Of a stretch of DNA of 64,000 nt, positions 1-7,186 are shown piece by piece. A program made the position numbers and the translations under genes. The DNA lies in assembly GCA_045577075.1 (NCBI GenBank), contig JAZNHR010000002.1, positions 22,949-86,948 on the forward strand, read 5' to 3'. This DNA is from Clostridia bacterium (GTDB taxonomy: Bacteria; Bacillota; Clostridia; UMGS1883; UMGS1540). Within the stretch, counting starts at the first letter, position 1; each line of letters opens with the position of its first letter. The notes below the pieces were generated by a model. That model did not search any database, was not told where the DNA came from, and saw only the letters and a program-made list of their open reading frames with translations.

Positions 1-382
1 TGTCAAGCCGAACCCATGCAGAAAAGGCAGCATCATATTTTTCTTGTACTGCCCGCCGTTCTTCCTCCGCTTTTTTCAGTTCGCGCTTTCGCATAAAGGA
101 ACGTCTTGCAAGGTCGAGCTGTTTTCGTCTGTCTGTCTTCTCGCCGATGGGAAGCCCCAGCGCAAAATCAGCATTGATTTTTTCGATTGCTTCTCTAAAC
201 GGTATGCCAAAATAGCGCATGACAAACGTAATAACATCCCCACCATCGCCGCAGCCAAAGCAGTAATATCCTTTGTCGGCGTCATACGCCTTAAAGCTTG
301 CCGTTTTTTCGCTGTGAAAGGGGCATCGTGCAAAGCCGTGGTCATTGACCGCTATGCCGTATGTCCCAAGTACCTGTCGCAT
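1..382 (-). CDS. Phage DNA primase, N-terminal CHC2 zinc-finger part (partial, continues past window start)
   Basis: Minus-strand frame with no stop to position 1 translates to MRQVLGTYGIAVNDHGFARCPFHSEKTASFKAYDADKGYYCFGCGDGGDVITFVMRYFGIPF, a CHC2 DnaG-type zinc finger (CPFH...CFGCG). The ORF track lists only the antisense shadows 44..421(+) and 76..345(-). ATG at 382; a GTG at 412 is also possible. Confidence 0.6.
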   Translation of the reverse strand, partial: MRQVLGTYGIAVNDHGFARCPFHSEKTASFKAYDADKGYYCFGCGDGGDVITFVMRYFGIPFREAIEKINADFALGLPIGEKTDRRKQLDLARRSFMRKRELKKAEEERRAVQEKYDAAFSAWVRLD

Positions 383-417
383 GGTAAGCTGTTCTTTGAT
401 TGCTTCCGCAAACACAC

Positions 418-927
418 CTAGTCTCCTTTCAGCCAGTTTCGCAGCCTATAATAGAACAAATTAAAAATCATGCTCCCCGTTTCCTCCGGCCTGCAAAATA
501 TTATTTGCAGCTTGTATTTATCCTGCCATGAAAGAAGCGTTCCGAGGAAGCTTTTGGGGTCTAGGCGGCTTATATAATTGTGCGCCCGGATGTCCGCCCA
601 AGAAGCTCCCTCTATAAGAAGTACTACACGGGTTCCACGTGCCTTCGCGCGCAGAAATTCATTTTCAAGACGGCTTCTGTCTATTGTGATATTTCCGGCA
701 AGCTCGTCCAGGTTTGCCTTGCGCTCAACGCAAAGCACATCTTCAAAAGTGTTTTCGCCCACCATGAAAGAATAATCCCCAACATCCAGTTTCCGTTTTG
801 TATACGGAATTTTCTTCTTATCAAAAAAATCAAGGATGTTGCCGTTAACCTGCTCGCGAGTGTCACAAAGCACAAGAATATTTTTCAGTTTTTCCTTAAT
901 TTCTTTTTCCGTGTAAAACTTCCGCAT
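418..927 (-). CDS. ERCC4-type (XPF/Mus81-like) nuclease, phage
   Basis: 169 aa carrying the GDxnERKx3D signature (LDVGDYSF...VLCVERKANLDEL). A GGAGG RBS overlaps the upstream stop. Confidence 0.6.
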   Translation of the reverse strand: MRKFYTEKEIKEKLKNILVLCDTREQVNGNILDFFDKKKIPYTKRKLDVGDYSFMVGENTFEDVLCVERKANLDELAGNITIDRSRLENEFLRAKARGTRVVLLIEGASWADIRAHNYISRLDPKSFLGTLLSWQDKYKLQIIFCRPEETGSMIFNLFYYRLRNWLKGD

Positions 928-936
928 TTCCTCCCC

Positions 937-1362
937 CTAGTACGGCAAATCGTCTTCGACTTCTGCGTTTTCCAGTTTGGTAACTACCGCCCTGTCCGGT
1001 CTCGCGCCTGTCCACGGCGGAAGCCCGATTGCTTTTTCCTGATTGATAAAATACTTGACACGCAAGTAGCCATCCTCGTTCTTTTCAAGTCTGGCCGCGC
1101 CCAAAGCACCGACCCATGCAGGCAGTTGAAAATCTCCCTCTTCAATATCAAAGCTGTCAAAAAAATCTGTCATGTTTCGATTAAACCAGTTGTTTTTTAC
1201 AATGAAGTGTTTAATGCTCATGTCACTGCCGGAGGGCTTGAGTGTTAAAATAAGCATGGCATTTCCTTTACTGGAAACACCTTCCTCCGCACTTAAAATG
1301 ACGACTCTGTGGTCGCCCGGCTCTATGCGAACCGCTTCTTCTCTTTGATAACCCCAGTCCAT
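937..1362 (-). CDS. DUF669-like phage SSB-like protein (Sak4-associated)
   Basis: 141 aa sitting between the Sak4-like ATPase and nuclease genes. C-terminus EDDLPY resembles the SSB acidic tip. AGGAGG RBS 8 nt upstream. Confidence 0.5.
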   Translation of the reverse strand: MDWGYQREEAVRIEPGDHRVVILSAEEGVSSKGNAMLILTLKPSGSDMSIKHFIVKNNWFNRNMTDFFDSFDIEEGDFQLPAWVGALGAARLEKNEDGYLRVKYFINQEKAIGLPPWTGARPDRAVVTKLENAEVEDDLPY

Positions 1363-1374
1363 ATTTTTTACCTC

Positions 1375-1971
1375 CTAATATTTTGATTTCCAATTTTCAA
1401 AGTAAATGTCTGTAAGGCCCTGCATTTCAAGAAATGCCAGAAACCCTGCAATTTCATTTTCAATCGGTGTCACGTCCTCCGGACGATAAACTTCCCGGTA
1501 AACGTCTTTACCATTTGAGATAATATACGCAAACCGCTTTGCCTCCGGACAAAGAGCGAAGTACATAGGATGCTGCGGCGAATCTGCATACTTCCCATAG
1601 TGGTATGTCTTGCTGAATTTTATGTCGTATATAGTGCCGCCCCGAAGGACGTCCAAAATTCCATACAGCATAAAATTCATGCCGAAAACCTTCATGTCTC
1701 TGGAAAGCTTCACTTGAAACGCTCCGCCTTGTACCTGCTCAGCCACGCCCAGGATTCCCTTCTCCCACTTGTGCCCTACCGGCGGTAATGCACCTTCGCA
1801 CGCCGCTGTCACCATATTTTCAAACTGCTGCCCATCAAGCATTGCACGGGTAGGCTTTGTTTTTTTTCGATACAGTGTCTGCAAAAAATCTGCGTAGCCA
1901 TTATCCGTTTTATAAATCCAACCCCATGCGGACAAGAGACTTTGCGTTATCAGATACTTATTTTTGCTCAT
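1375..1971 (-). CDS. PD-(D/E)XK family nuclease, phage recombination module
   Basis: ILDVL...IYDIKFSK fits a D...(D/E)xK motif. The ATG at 1971 (MSKNKYL) has a GTGAGG RBS and is preferred over the TTG at 2004 listed in the ORF track. It overlaps the end of the Sak4 gene. Confidence 0.5.
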   Translation of the reverse strand: MSKNKYLITQSLLSAWGWIYKTDNGYADFLQTLYRKKTKPTRAMLDGQQFENMVTAACEGALPPVGHKWEKGILGVAEQVQGGAFQVKLSRDMKVFGMNFMLYGILDVLRGGTIYDIKFSKTYHYGKYADSPQHPMYFALCPEAKRFAYIISNGKDVYREVYRPEDVTPIENEIAGFLAFLEMQGLTDIYFENWKSKY

Positions 1972-2890
1972 ACCGTTTTGCCTCACGGTTATACGAAATT
2001 TCAAGCTCTTTCAAGCGTGCAGAAAGTCGCGCGCGAAGTTCCTTTTCACTTGTCAATCCATGGGAAAGACCCTTGATTTTCTCCGCAGCCCCTGCCACAT
2101 CTTCGGCATTTGTAATGGCAGCTATTATTTTCTCTCCCTCAGCCATCGCCGCATTATATGCTTCCTGTTGTGGGCGCATTGCATCGTTTTCCGCCGCAAT
2201 ATTTGCCTTTACTTTTTCAAATAGTACAGACAGAAAATTATTGAGAGTGCCCTCTTCCAGCGTTGGAAGCTCTATCATACCGCTGATTCCGTAGGAAGAT
2301 TTCGCCGAATACTCCTGCGTAGGCGTAAAGCAAAGATACCGCTTTTCCCCAAGCATTTGGAAATACGCGCCCAGGTCTGCCGGCTGCCAAACCATTTCTC
2401 GTGCCGCCCCCTCGCACATAAGGTCATAAACAGGATTTCCTTCTCTGTCCTTGTCCTTCGTTGTGTGGAAGATGTAAATTACGTTATGGGTCTTTTTGAG
2501 TTCACTGGAGAAGCGTAAAAACTCACTCTTCACAACGCCATACCCCTGAATAGATATGCCACCACCTTTTTTGCAGGCGGAAGGGTTGTTCCGCATTGCC
2601 CAGTCCTTTAGAAGGTCAATAAAAGCCCCTGTTGTGTCTATTGCTACAGTTTTATACGCCGCAAATGCTGGTGTCTTAATATCCTCCAGAAGTTCTTCGT
2701 AGGTTTTTACCATGACTGTGTCACGCCGATGTGCCGGGTTGACACGCTTTACGCCTCGGTCAACATCCACCAGAACTACATCCGGTGCCGAAAAAGCCAG
2801 CGTCGTCTTACCAACACCCGGTAGACCACTGATAATCATGATGATGTTCTCGTCCTTGAAACTCATGTTTTCGGGTTTTACGATTGCCAT
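1958..2890 (-). CDS. Sak4-like AAA_24 family ATPase (RecA-like ssDNA annealing/recombination protein)
   Basis: 310 aa with Walker A GLPGVGKTT near the N-terminus and a coiled-coil C-terminus. Strong AGGAGG RBS. Confidence 0.75.
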   Translation of the reverse strand: MAIVKPENMSFKDENIIMIISGLPGVGKTTLAFSAPDVVLVDVDRGVKRVNPAHRRDTVMVKTYEELLEDIKTPAFAAYKTVAIDTTGAFIDLLKDWAMRNNPSACKKGGGISIQGYGVVKSEFLRFSSELKKTHNVIYIFHTTKDKDREGNPVYDLMCEGAAREMVWQPADLGAYFQMLGEKRYLCFTPTQEYSAKSSYGISGMIELPTLEEGTLNNFLSVLFEKVKANIAAENDAMRPQQEAYNAAMAEGEKIIAAITNAEDVAGAAEKIKGLSHGLTSEKELRARLSARLKELEISYNREAKRYEQK

Positions 2891-2908
2891 TATAAATTCC
2901 TCCTTGTT

Positions 2909-3091
2909 TTATCGTTCAGCTTCCATGTAAATATATCCAACCATATCAAATACTTCCTCTGCGCTCATACAAAAAACGCAGTGTTCACAATAAATCGTGC
3001 CGTCAAAGTCTATGTACCGTTCCCCTTCACAAATGGGATTGCTGCACTTCGTACAGTTTAGTACCGTTTTGCTTATTCCCGGCAAAAACAT
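2909..3091 (-). CDS. Small zinc-ribbon protein, phage
   Basis: 60 aa with CTKC...CEHC cysteine pairs and a GAGGGG RBS. Function unknown. Confidence 0.35.
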   Translation of the reverse strand: MFLPGISKTVLNCTKCSNPICEGERYIDFDGTIYCEHCVFCMSAEEVFDMVGYIYMEAER

Positions 3092-3205
3092 ATAAATCCC
3101 CTCGTTTTTCTTGACTTTTCGCCCGAATTCTGCTAAAATAAAGGTAGCTGTATAGCAGGCTTTCGAGCCACGCTTCGTATTTGTTCGAGCAAATACGAAG
3201 CTTTT

Positions 3206-3763
3206 TTATTGTGCATATTTCTTTGCCTCGCATAAAATTTCATCCGCTGCTTCCATAATGCTGCCGGCAAACGCGCCCACAATCTCCCGGTAGTTTTGAA
3301 TCTCTCCTGGAGAAATCAGCGTAATACACTTTGCATAGTCTCGTATCAGGCTTACACAGTCAATGGGCAGTCTCTTTTTCTGTTCTTTTGGCATTTCTTG
3401 CTTTTCCTCCTTCACGATTTCCTGCCTAAGCTTATACCTGGTAACGGCATTTTTAATTTGCCCCTCGTCCAGTCCCAGTCTCTCTGCAATCTCTAAATTA
3501 GAAAGCCCTTCACCGCAAAGCCGGCGCACGCTGTCCTTTAGTTCCTCTGTCCACGTCATTCTCGGCAGCCGCGGCGTCTCTTCTTTTCTCCTCGCCTTCT
3601 TTGGTAGCTTCACACCGGAAATCAGACCTTCCTCCTGCAGAATTGTTAAAATCTCCTGCTTCGAGCAAACATTTAAATCCGCCAGAATTTCTATCTGGGC
3701 GTTTTTGTCTGCCGCTTCCTTGTACATTTGTACAATTTCATGCCTTTCCATGTACATTTTCAT
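3206..3763 (-). CDS. Phage HTH protein (sigma-70 region 4/LuxR-like HTH in the middle)
   Basis: 185 aa. LSNLEIAERLGLDEGQIKNAV looks like an HTH. RBS is AAGGGAGA; an ATG at 3757 is an alternative start. Confidence 0.45.
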   Translation of the reverse strand: MKMYMERHEIVQMYKEAADKNAQIEILADLNVCSKQEILTILQEEGLISGVKLPKKARRKEETPRLPRMTWTEELKDSVRRLCGEGLSNLEIAERLGLDEGQIKNAVTRYKLRQEIVKEEKQEMPKEQKKRLPIDCVSLIRDYAKCITLISPGEIQNYREIVGAFAGSIMEAADEILCEAKKYAQ

Positions 3764-3999
3764 TCTCCCTTCACCATTTCCAAAACCTCTGTAAGTGTCT
3801 CTTTGTTCTGGAGCCTCCGAAATACCTCTTCAAACTCTTTATAAACCAAATGTGCATTGTCACCGCAAATGTCAACGCCAATTTTAACGCCAAGTGCCAC
3901 AAAGGCTCCAATCACTTTTCCTTGCGGCATTTCCCATTCCGTAAGAATTTGAACGTTTTCGCCGTCCTCACATTTTGCCTGTATTAACAAATTTTCCAC
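3760..3999 (-). CDS. Hypothetical phage protein
   Basis: 79-aa ORF with a GTG start. It shares the AAGGGAGA RBS motif with the downstream gene. No recognisable domain. Confidence 0.3.
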   Translation of the reverse strand: MENLLIQAKCEDGENVQILTEWEMPQGKVIGAFVALGVKIGVDICGDNAHLVYKEFEEVFRRLQNKETLTEVLEMVKGE

Positions 4000-4004
4000 C
4001 TTTT

Positions 4005-4301
4005 TTATTCTCCCTTCATCACCGGCACCACAAGCCTATCATACGGCCATATATCCGCCGACTGCATGCCGTTCATTCTTCGCACTTCCGAAATCCACTT
4101 GTCTGCCCTGCCATACCCCACATCCTCCCAGATGCTCCAAAGGGTATCGCCTTCGCGCACCACCACTTCCATGGTGGTATACTCCACACTTGCAGCTCGC
4201 ACGAAAGATGTGACAATGCACACCGCTGCAAACACCGCAAGGCAAACATACCACATCCGCCTTCGCTTCCTGCCCTTAATTTTGCATTTTGCATTCTGCA
4301 T
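4005..4301 (-). CDS. LysM domain membrane-anchored protein, phage
   Basis: 98 aa: basic N-terminus, a TM helix (MWYVCLAVFAAVCIV), then a LysM-like VREGDTLWSIWEDVGY...ISEVRRMN. GGAAGGAGG RBS. Confidence 0.55.
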   Translation of the reverse strand: MQNAKCKIKGRKRRRMWYVCLAVFAAVCIVTSFVRAASVEYTTMEVVVREGDTLWSIWEDVGYGRADKWISEVRRMNGMQSADIWPYDRLVVPVMKGE

Positions 4302-4324
4302 TTTACATTTAATCCTCCTTCCCC

Positions 4325-4603
4325 TTACCCAAATAACGCCTTATGCTTCTTATACCGCATTTCCAAATCCTTCACGTCAATCCCCCAGAGCTCATACGCG
4401 ACCTTTGTATTAACCGCATATCGTGTCGGGCAAAACAGACCAAGCTCCTTCATCTTTGCCCGCACCGGCTTTTTAAGATTTGTCACCGTACTGTTCGAAA
4501 TGCCACCGAAAAGCGTCTTAATATCCTCCCCAGAAAGCTCTGGCGTTTCGTAGTAGAGCCGAAGCGCCGTTTCAATGTTCTGTACCTTAAATGTTCTTTG
4601 CAT
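4325..4603 (-). CDS. Hypothetical phage protein
   Basis: ORF 4325..4618. The internal ATG at 4603 has a GGAGG RBS at 8 nt and gives a 92-aa product. It overlaps the upstream gene by 17 nt. Confidence 0.4.
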   Translation of the reverse strand: MQRTFKVQNIETALRLYYETPELSGEDIKTLFGGISNSTVTNLKKPVRAKMKELGLFCPTRYAVNTKVAYELWGIDVKDLEMRYKKHKALFG

Positions 4604-4904
4604 TTGTTTTGCCTCCATTTCTTGTTAAATTACTTTCTCCGCGCTCTGCCACAATGCCATTAAACATTGTTTCGACAAGTGCCTGCAGTTCTTCCACGTT
4701 CTTATATGCCGCAGCTACATAATCAAGCAAAATATCAACCGCGAGGTTTATCTGCTCCATTTGATATTCCTGCGTCGCGTTTACGCATTGAAATTCCGAA
4801 AGCCTGTTGAACGCATCATTCGTTATGCGGCGGAGTTTATGCACCTTATCTTGCAAATCGTTCACTTGCGAGTCCGCCTCAAAAATCGCGTCTCTGGTTG
4901 TCAT
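4587..4904 (-). CDS. Hypothetical phage protein
   Basis: 105 aa, predicted helical, with a strong GGAAGGAGGTG RBS. First gene after the convergent plus-strand gene in the leftward early operon. Confidence 0.45.
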   Translation of the reverse strand: MTTRDAIFEADSQVNDLQDKVHKLRRITNDAFNRLSEFQCVNATQEYQMEQINLAVDILLDYVAAAYKNVEELQALVETMFNGIVAERGESNLTRNGGKTNAKNI

Positions 4905-4928
4905 AAAAACACCTCCTTCCTTTATTTC

Positions 4929-4957
4929 TTGCGATTCACTCCAAACAATGGTATAAT
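4929..4957 (+). promoter_or_regulatory. Near-consensus sigmaA promoter (TTGCGA-17-TATAAT) driving the plus-strand ORF 4985..5356
   Basis: -35 TTGCGA at 4929..4934, 17-nt spacer, -10 TATAAT at 4952..4957. GGAGGT RBS 7 nt before the ATG at 4985. Confidence 0.5.
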
Positions 4958-4984
4958 GTCAAAAACTGAATGGAGGTTACTGCA

Positions 4985-5356
4985 ATGACATACTTTGATA
5001 TTTTCATAAGCAAAGCAGGCTATAAACTTTTGAAACAATTTAAGCGCTCCCCAATAAAAACCGATGGTTATTCAACACCGGAAAGCCAACTTCAAGAACT
5101 CCACTTTATAAAGCAAGACCTAAGGCCTGTGGATAAAACTCGCCTGGCACTTCCTGCCGGTACATTTTCGATTACGCAAGAAGGTCTTAATTACATTGAG
5201 TGGAGAAAAACTCGCTCCAGAGAGCTTTGGCTGAAAAACGCATGGATTCCCATCGTTGTATCTTTCGTCACAACCTTAATAACCAATTACATACTGCCGC
5301 TGCTACCGCAGATACTACAATGGATATCCAGTTTTCTCTCAAAATTTTCTTCATAA
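4985..5356 (+). CDS. Hypothetical protein with C-terminal TM helix; candidate lysogen-expressed accessory gene
   Basis: 123 aa. Own promoter, opposite strand to the flanking early genes, convergent with cro. C-terminal hydrophobic helix IPIVVSFVTTLITNYILPLLPQIL. Confidence 0.5.
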   Translation: MTYFDIFISKAGYKLLKQFKRSPIKTDGYSTPESQLQELHFIKQDLRPVDKTRLALPAGTFSITQEGLNYIEWRKTRSRELWLKNAWIPIVVSFVTTLITNYILPLLPQILQWISSFLSKFSS

Positions 5357-5402
5357 ACTCATCCCCCTTGCTTGCTTCTTTTTGTTTCTGTTTCGACACA
5401 TT

Positions 5403-5618
5403 TTAGATTAAAAAAAGTTGGTCTTGTGGAACACCCAAATACTCTGCCAACTTCGTCCCCTGTGTAGCTGAAAAGTCGGAATAGCCTTTGATCTTTTCTT
5501 TATATGTGCGTGGGCTGATTCCAAGGACTTCTGCGCAATCTTCGGGCCTTTTCTTTGCAAGCCTTTCATAGGCAGATATTGCATAATACTCCGGATGCTG
5601 CTTTTCTCTTTTCTTCAT
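5403..5618 (-). CDS. Cro-like XRE-family HTH regulator
   Basis: 71 aa with HTH EDCAEVLGISPRTYKEKIKG. Divergent from the repressor gene. AGGAGG RBS. Confidence 0.7.
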   Translation of the reverse strand: MKKREKQHPEYYAISAYERLAKKRPEDCAEVLGISPRTYKEKIKGYSDFSATQGTKLAEYLGVPQDQLFLI

Positions 5619-5774
5619 ATCTTTCCTCCTTATTTGTTTTATTGTGTCGTTTCCGACACTTATATACTAACACACATTATTGTTCTTGTCAACACATTTT
5701 TGAAAAATATTTCAAAAAAATGTTGCGTAACCGACAAGAATGTGTTATTATATAACTGAAAGTGAGGGTTCTAG
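5619..5774. promoter_or_regulatory. Divergent cI/cro promoter-operator region
   Basis: Minus strand: TTGACA (5687..5692) -17- TAGTAT (5664..5669), reading toward cro. Plus strand: TTGCGT (5723..5728) -17- TATTAT (5746..5751), reading toward the repressor gene. Palindrome GTGTCGTTTCCGACAC at 5644..5659. Related motifs GACAAGAA..ATGTGT at 5672..5700 and 5731..5746 overlap the promoter elements. Confidence 0.55.
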
Positions 5775-6452
5775 ATGGGAATTTTACAAGAAAGAATGCG
5801 CCAATTACGTAAGCAAAACCACCTAACACAAGAACAGCTTGCCCAAAAACTGCGTAAGCAATATAACTTAAAAACAGACCGTGTTATGATAAGTAAATGG
5901 GAGACGGGATTTCAAACACCTGGAATATACTCTATATCCTGTATGGCGAATATTTTCGGTGTCTCACTGGATTACTTGAATGGGAAAGACAATTCTGCAC
6001 AATCTTCTGCCGCAACATCCGCACTCCCCTCCCCTGTCGAGATGGAAGCTTACGGCTTACGCTCAATAACAATGAAGAAATTTCCCATGCTTGGTGAAAT
6101 CGCCTGCGGAGAGCCGATATACTGTAATCAAGATTATGAAACGTTTATAGAAGCAAGTGCGAATATAAAAGCGGATTTTTGCTTGGAAGCAAAAGGCGAC
6201 AGCATGATAAACGCTCGCATTTTCAACGGGGATATTGTTTTCATACGCGCACAAAATGACGTAGAGAACGGCGAAATTGCCGCCGTAGTTATAGATGACA
6301 CCGCAACACTAAAGCGCGTTTACAAGCATCAAAACAGCCTTGAGCTTCGCGCGGAAAACCCTATGCATAAACCCATCAATCTGGAAGGGGTCGAAATGGA
6401 AACCGTGCGCATTTTAGGGAAAGCTGTTGCTTTTCAGAGTAACATCATTTAA
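5775..6452 (+). CDS. Phage CI-like repressor, XRE HTH plus S24 LexA-type peptidase domain
   Basis: 225 aa. N-terminal HTH (LTQEQLAQKL). C-terminal S24 fold with a GDSM serine and a downstream lysine. GTGAGGG RBS. Confidence 0.85.
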   Translation: MGILQERMRQLRKQNHLTQEQLAQKLRKQYNLKTDRVMISKWETGFQTPGIYSISCMANIFGVSLDYLNGKDNSAQSSAATSALPSPVEMEAYGLRSITMKKFPMLGEIACGEPIYCNQDYETFIEASANIKADFCLEAKGDSMINARIFNGDIVFIRAQNDVENGEIAAVVIDDTATLKRVYKHQNSLELRAENPMHKPINLEGVEMETVRILGKAVAFQSNII

Positions 6453-6502
6453 CATATCAAACAAAATCCCCCTAAACGGGGTGAAATAAACAGGAGGAAA
6501 AA

Positions 6503-6964
6503 ATGGGCTTGTTTGATTTCTTACTTGGCAACTCAAAAGAAAAACAGCACGCACAAATGATGGCACCGCAATGGTTAAAAATTGTCGAAGATTCCGTTCG
6601 GCTTGTCAACACAACCACAAACCCAGCGGTATTCTTTTTCCGCTACAATTTAATGGTTGAACATCTCGAAAAGCTCACGCAAATTGAGCATCTTGTTCGT
6701 TTTTCGGGGACACGGCCAAGCGCACAGTTGTCCAAGGTAACGTCGGAAAGAAACTATCAGACATCGCTTTTTATTAAACGTTCTCACGAAAAAATGATGC
6801 ATGAAACCCGTTTGCTCAAAACCGAGCGGGGAAAACTGAATAAAATTGAAACGTTCTTTAAGAGCATGGATTCATACAATACATATCTTTCTGCAAGCAA
6901 CCGGGCCATGCTGGACAAAATGAAATTTAATAGCAAAAATCAAGTACGGGAAAACACCGTATAA
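6503..6964 (+). CDS. Hypothetical protein between repressor and integrase (moron position)
   Basis: 153 aa, soluble, strong AGGAGG RBS. Same strand as cI and int. No recognisable motif. Confidence 0.5.
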   Translation: MGLFDFLLGNSKEKQHAQMMAPQWLKIVEDSVRLVNTTTNPAVFFFRYNLMVEHLEKLTQIEHLVRFSGTRPSAQLSKVTSERNYQTSLFIKRSHEKMMHETRLLKTERGKLNKIETFFKSMDSYNTYLSASNRAMLDKMKFNSKNQVRENTV

Positions 6965-7186
6965 CTTAAAGAGGGAGAAAAATAAAATTAGATGCAAACG
7001 ATGTAAAAACCCTAACCGAATGCCGTAATGAACTTGCCGAAATGATTGGCGAAAAGAAACGTAAATAGAAAGAGGCCCCGGCACGCCAATGCCGAGACCT
7101 CCGAGGATAGGTATATAATACACTACCACACACAGTATGTATTATATCACCTTGTCCGCAAAAAAGCAAGGAAAAAGGTGAAAAAT

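Noticed and set aside
44-421. 125-aa plus-strand ORF and 89-aa minus-strand ORF (76..345) at the window start
   Set aside because: Both are out-of-frame or antisense shadows of the CHC2 zinc-finger primase frame, which has no stop and so was not listed. Only that frame gives a meaningful CPFH...CFGCG motif.
3027-3233. 68-aa ORF overlapping the zinc-ribbon gene and the HTH gene
   Set aside because: Overlaps two better-supported ORFs in another frame and has no RBS.
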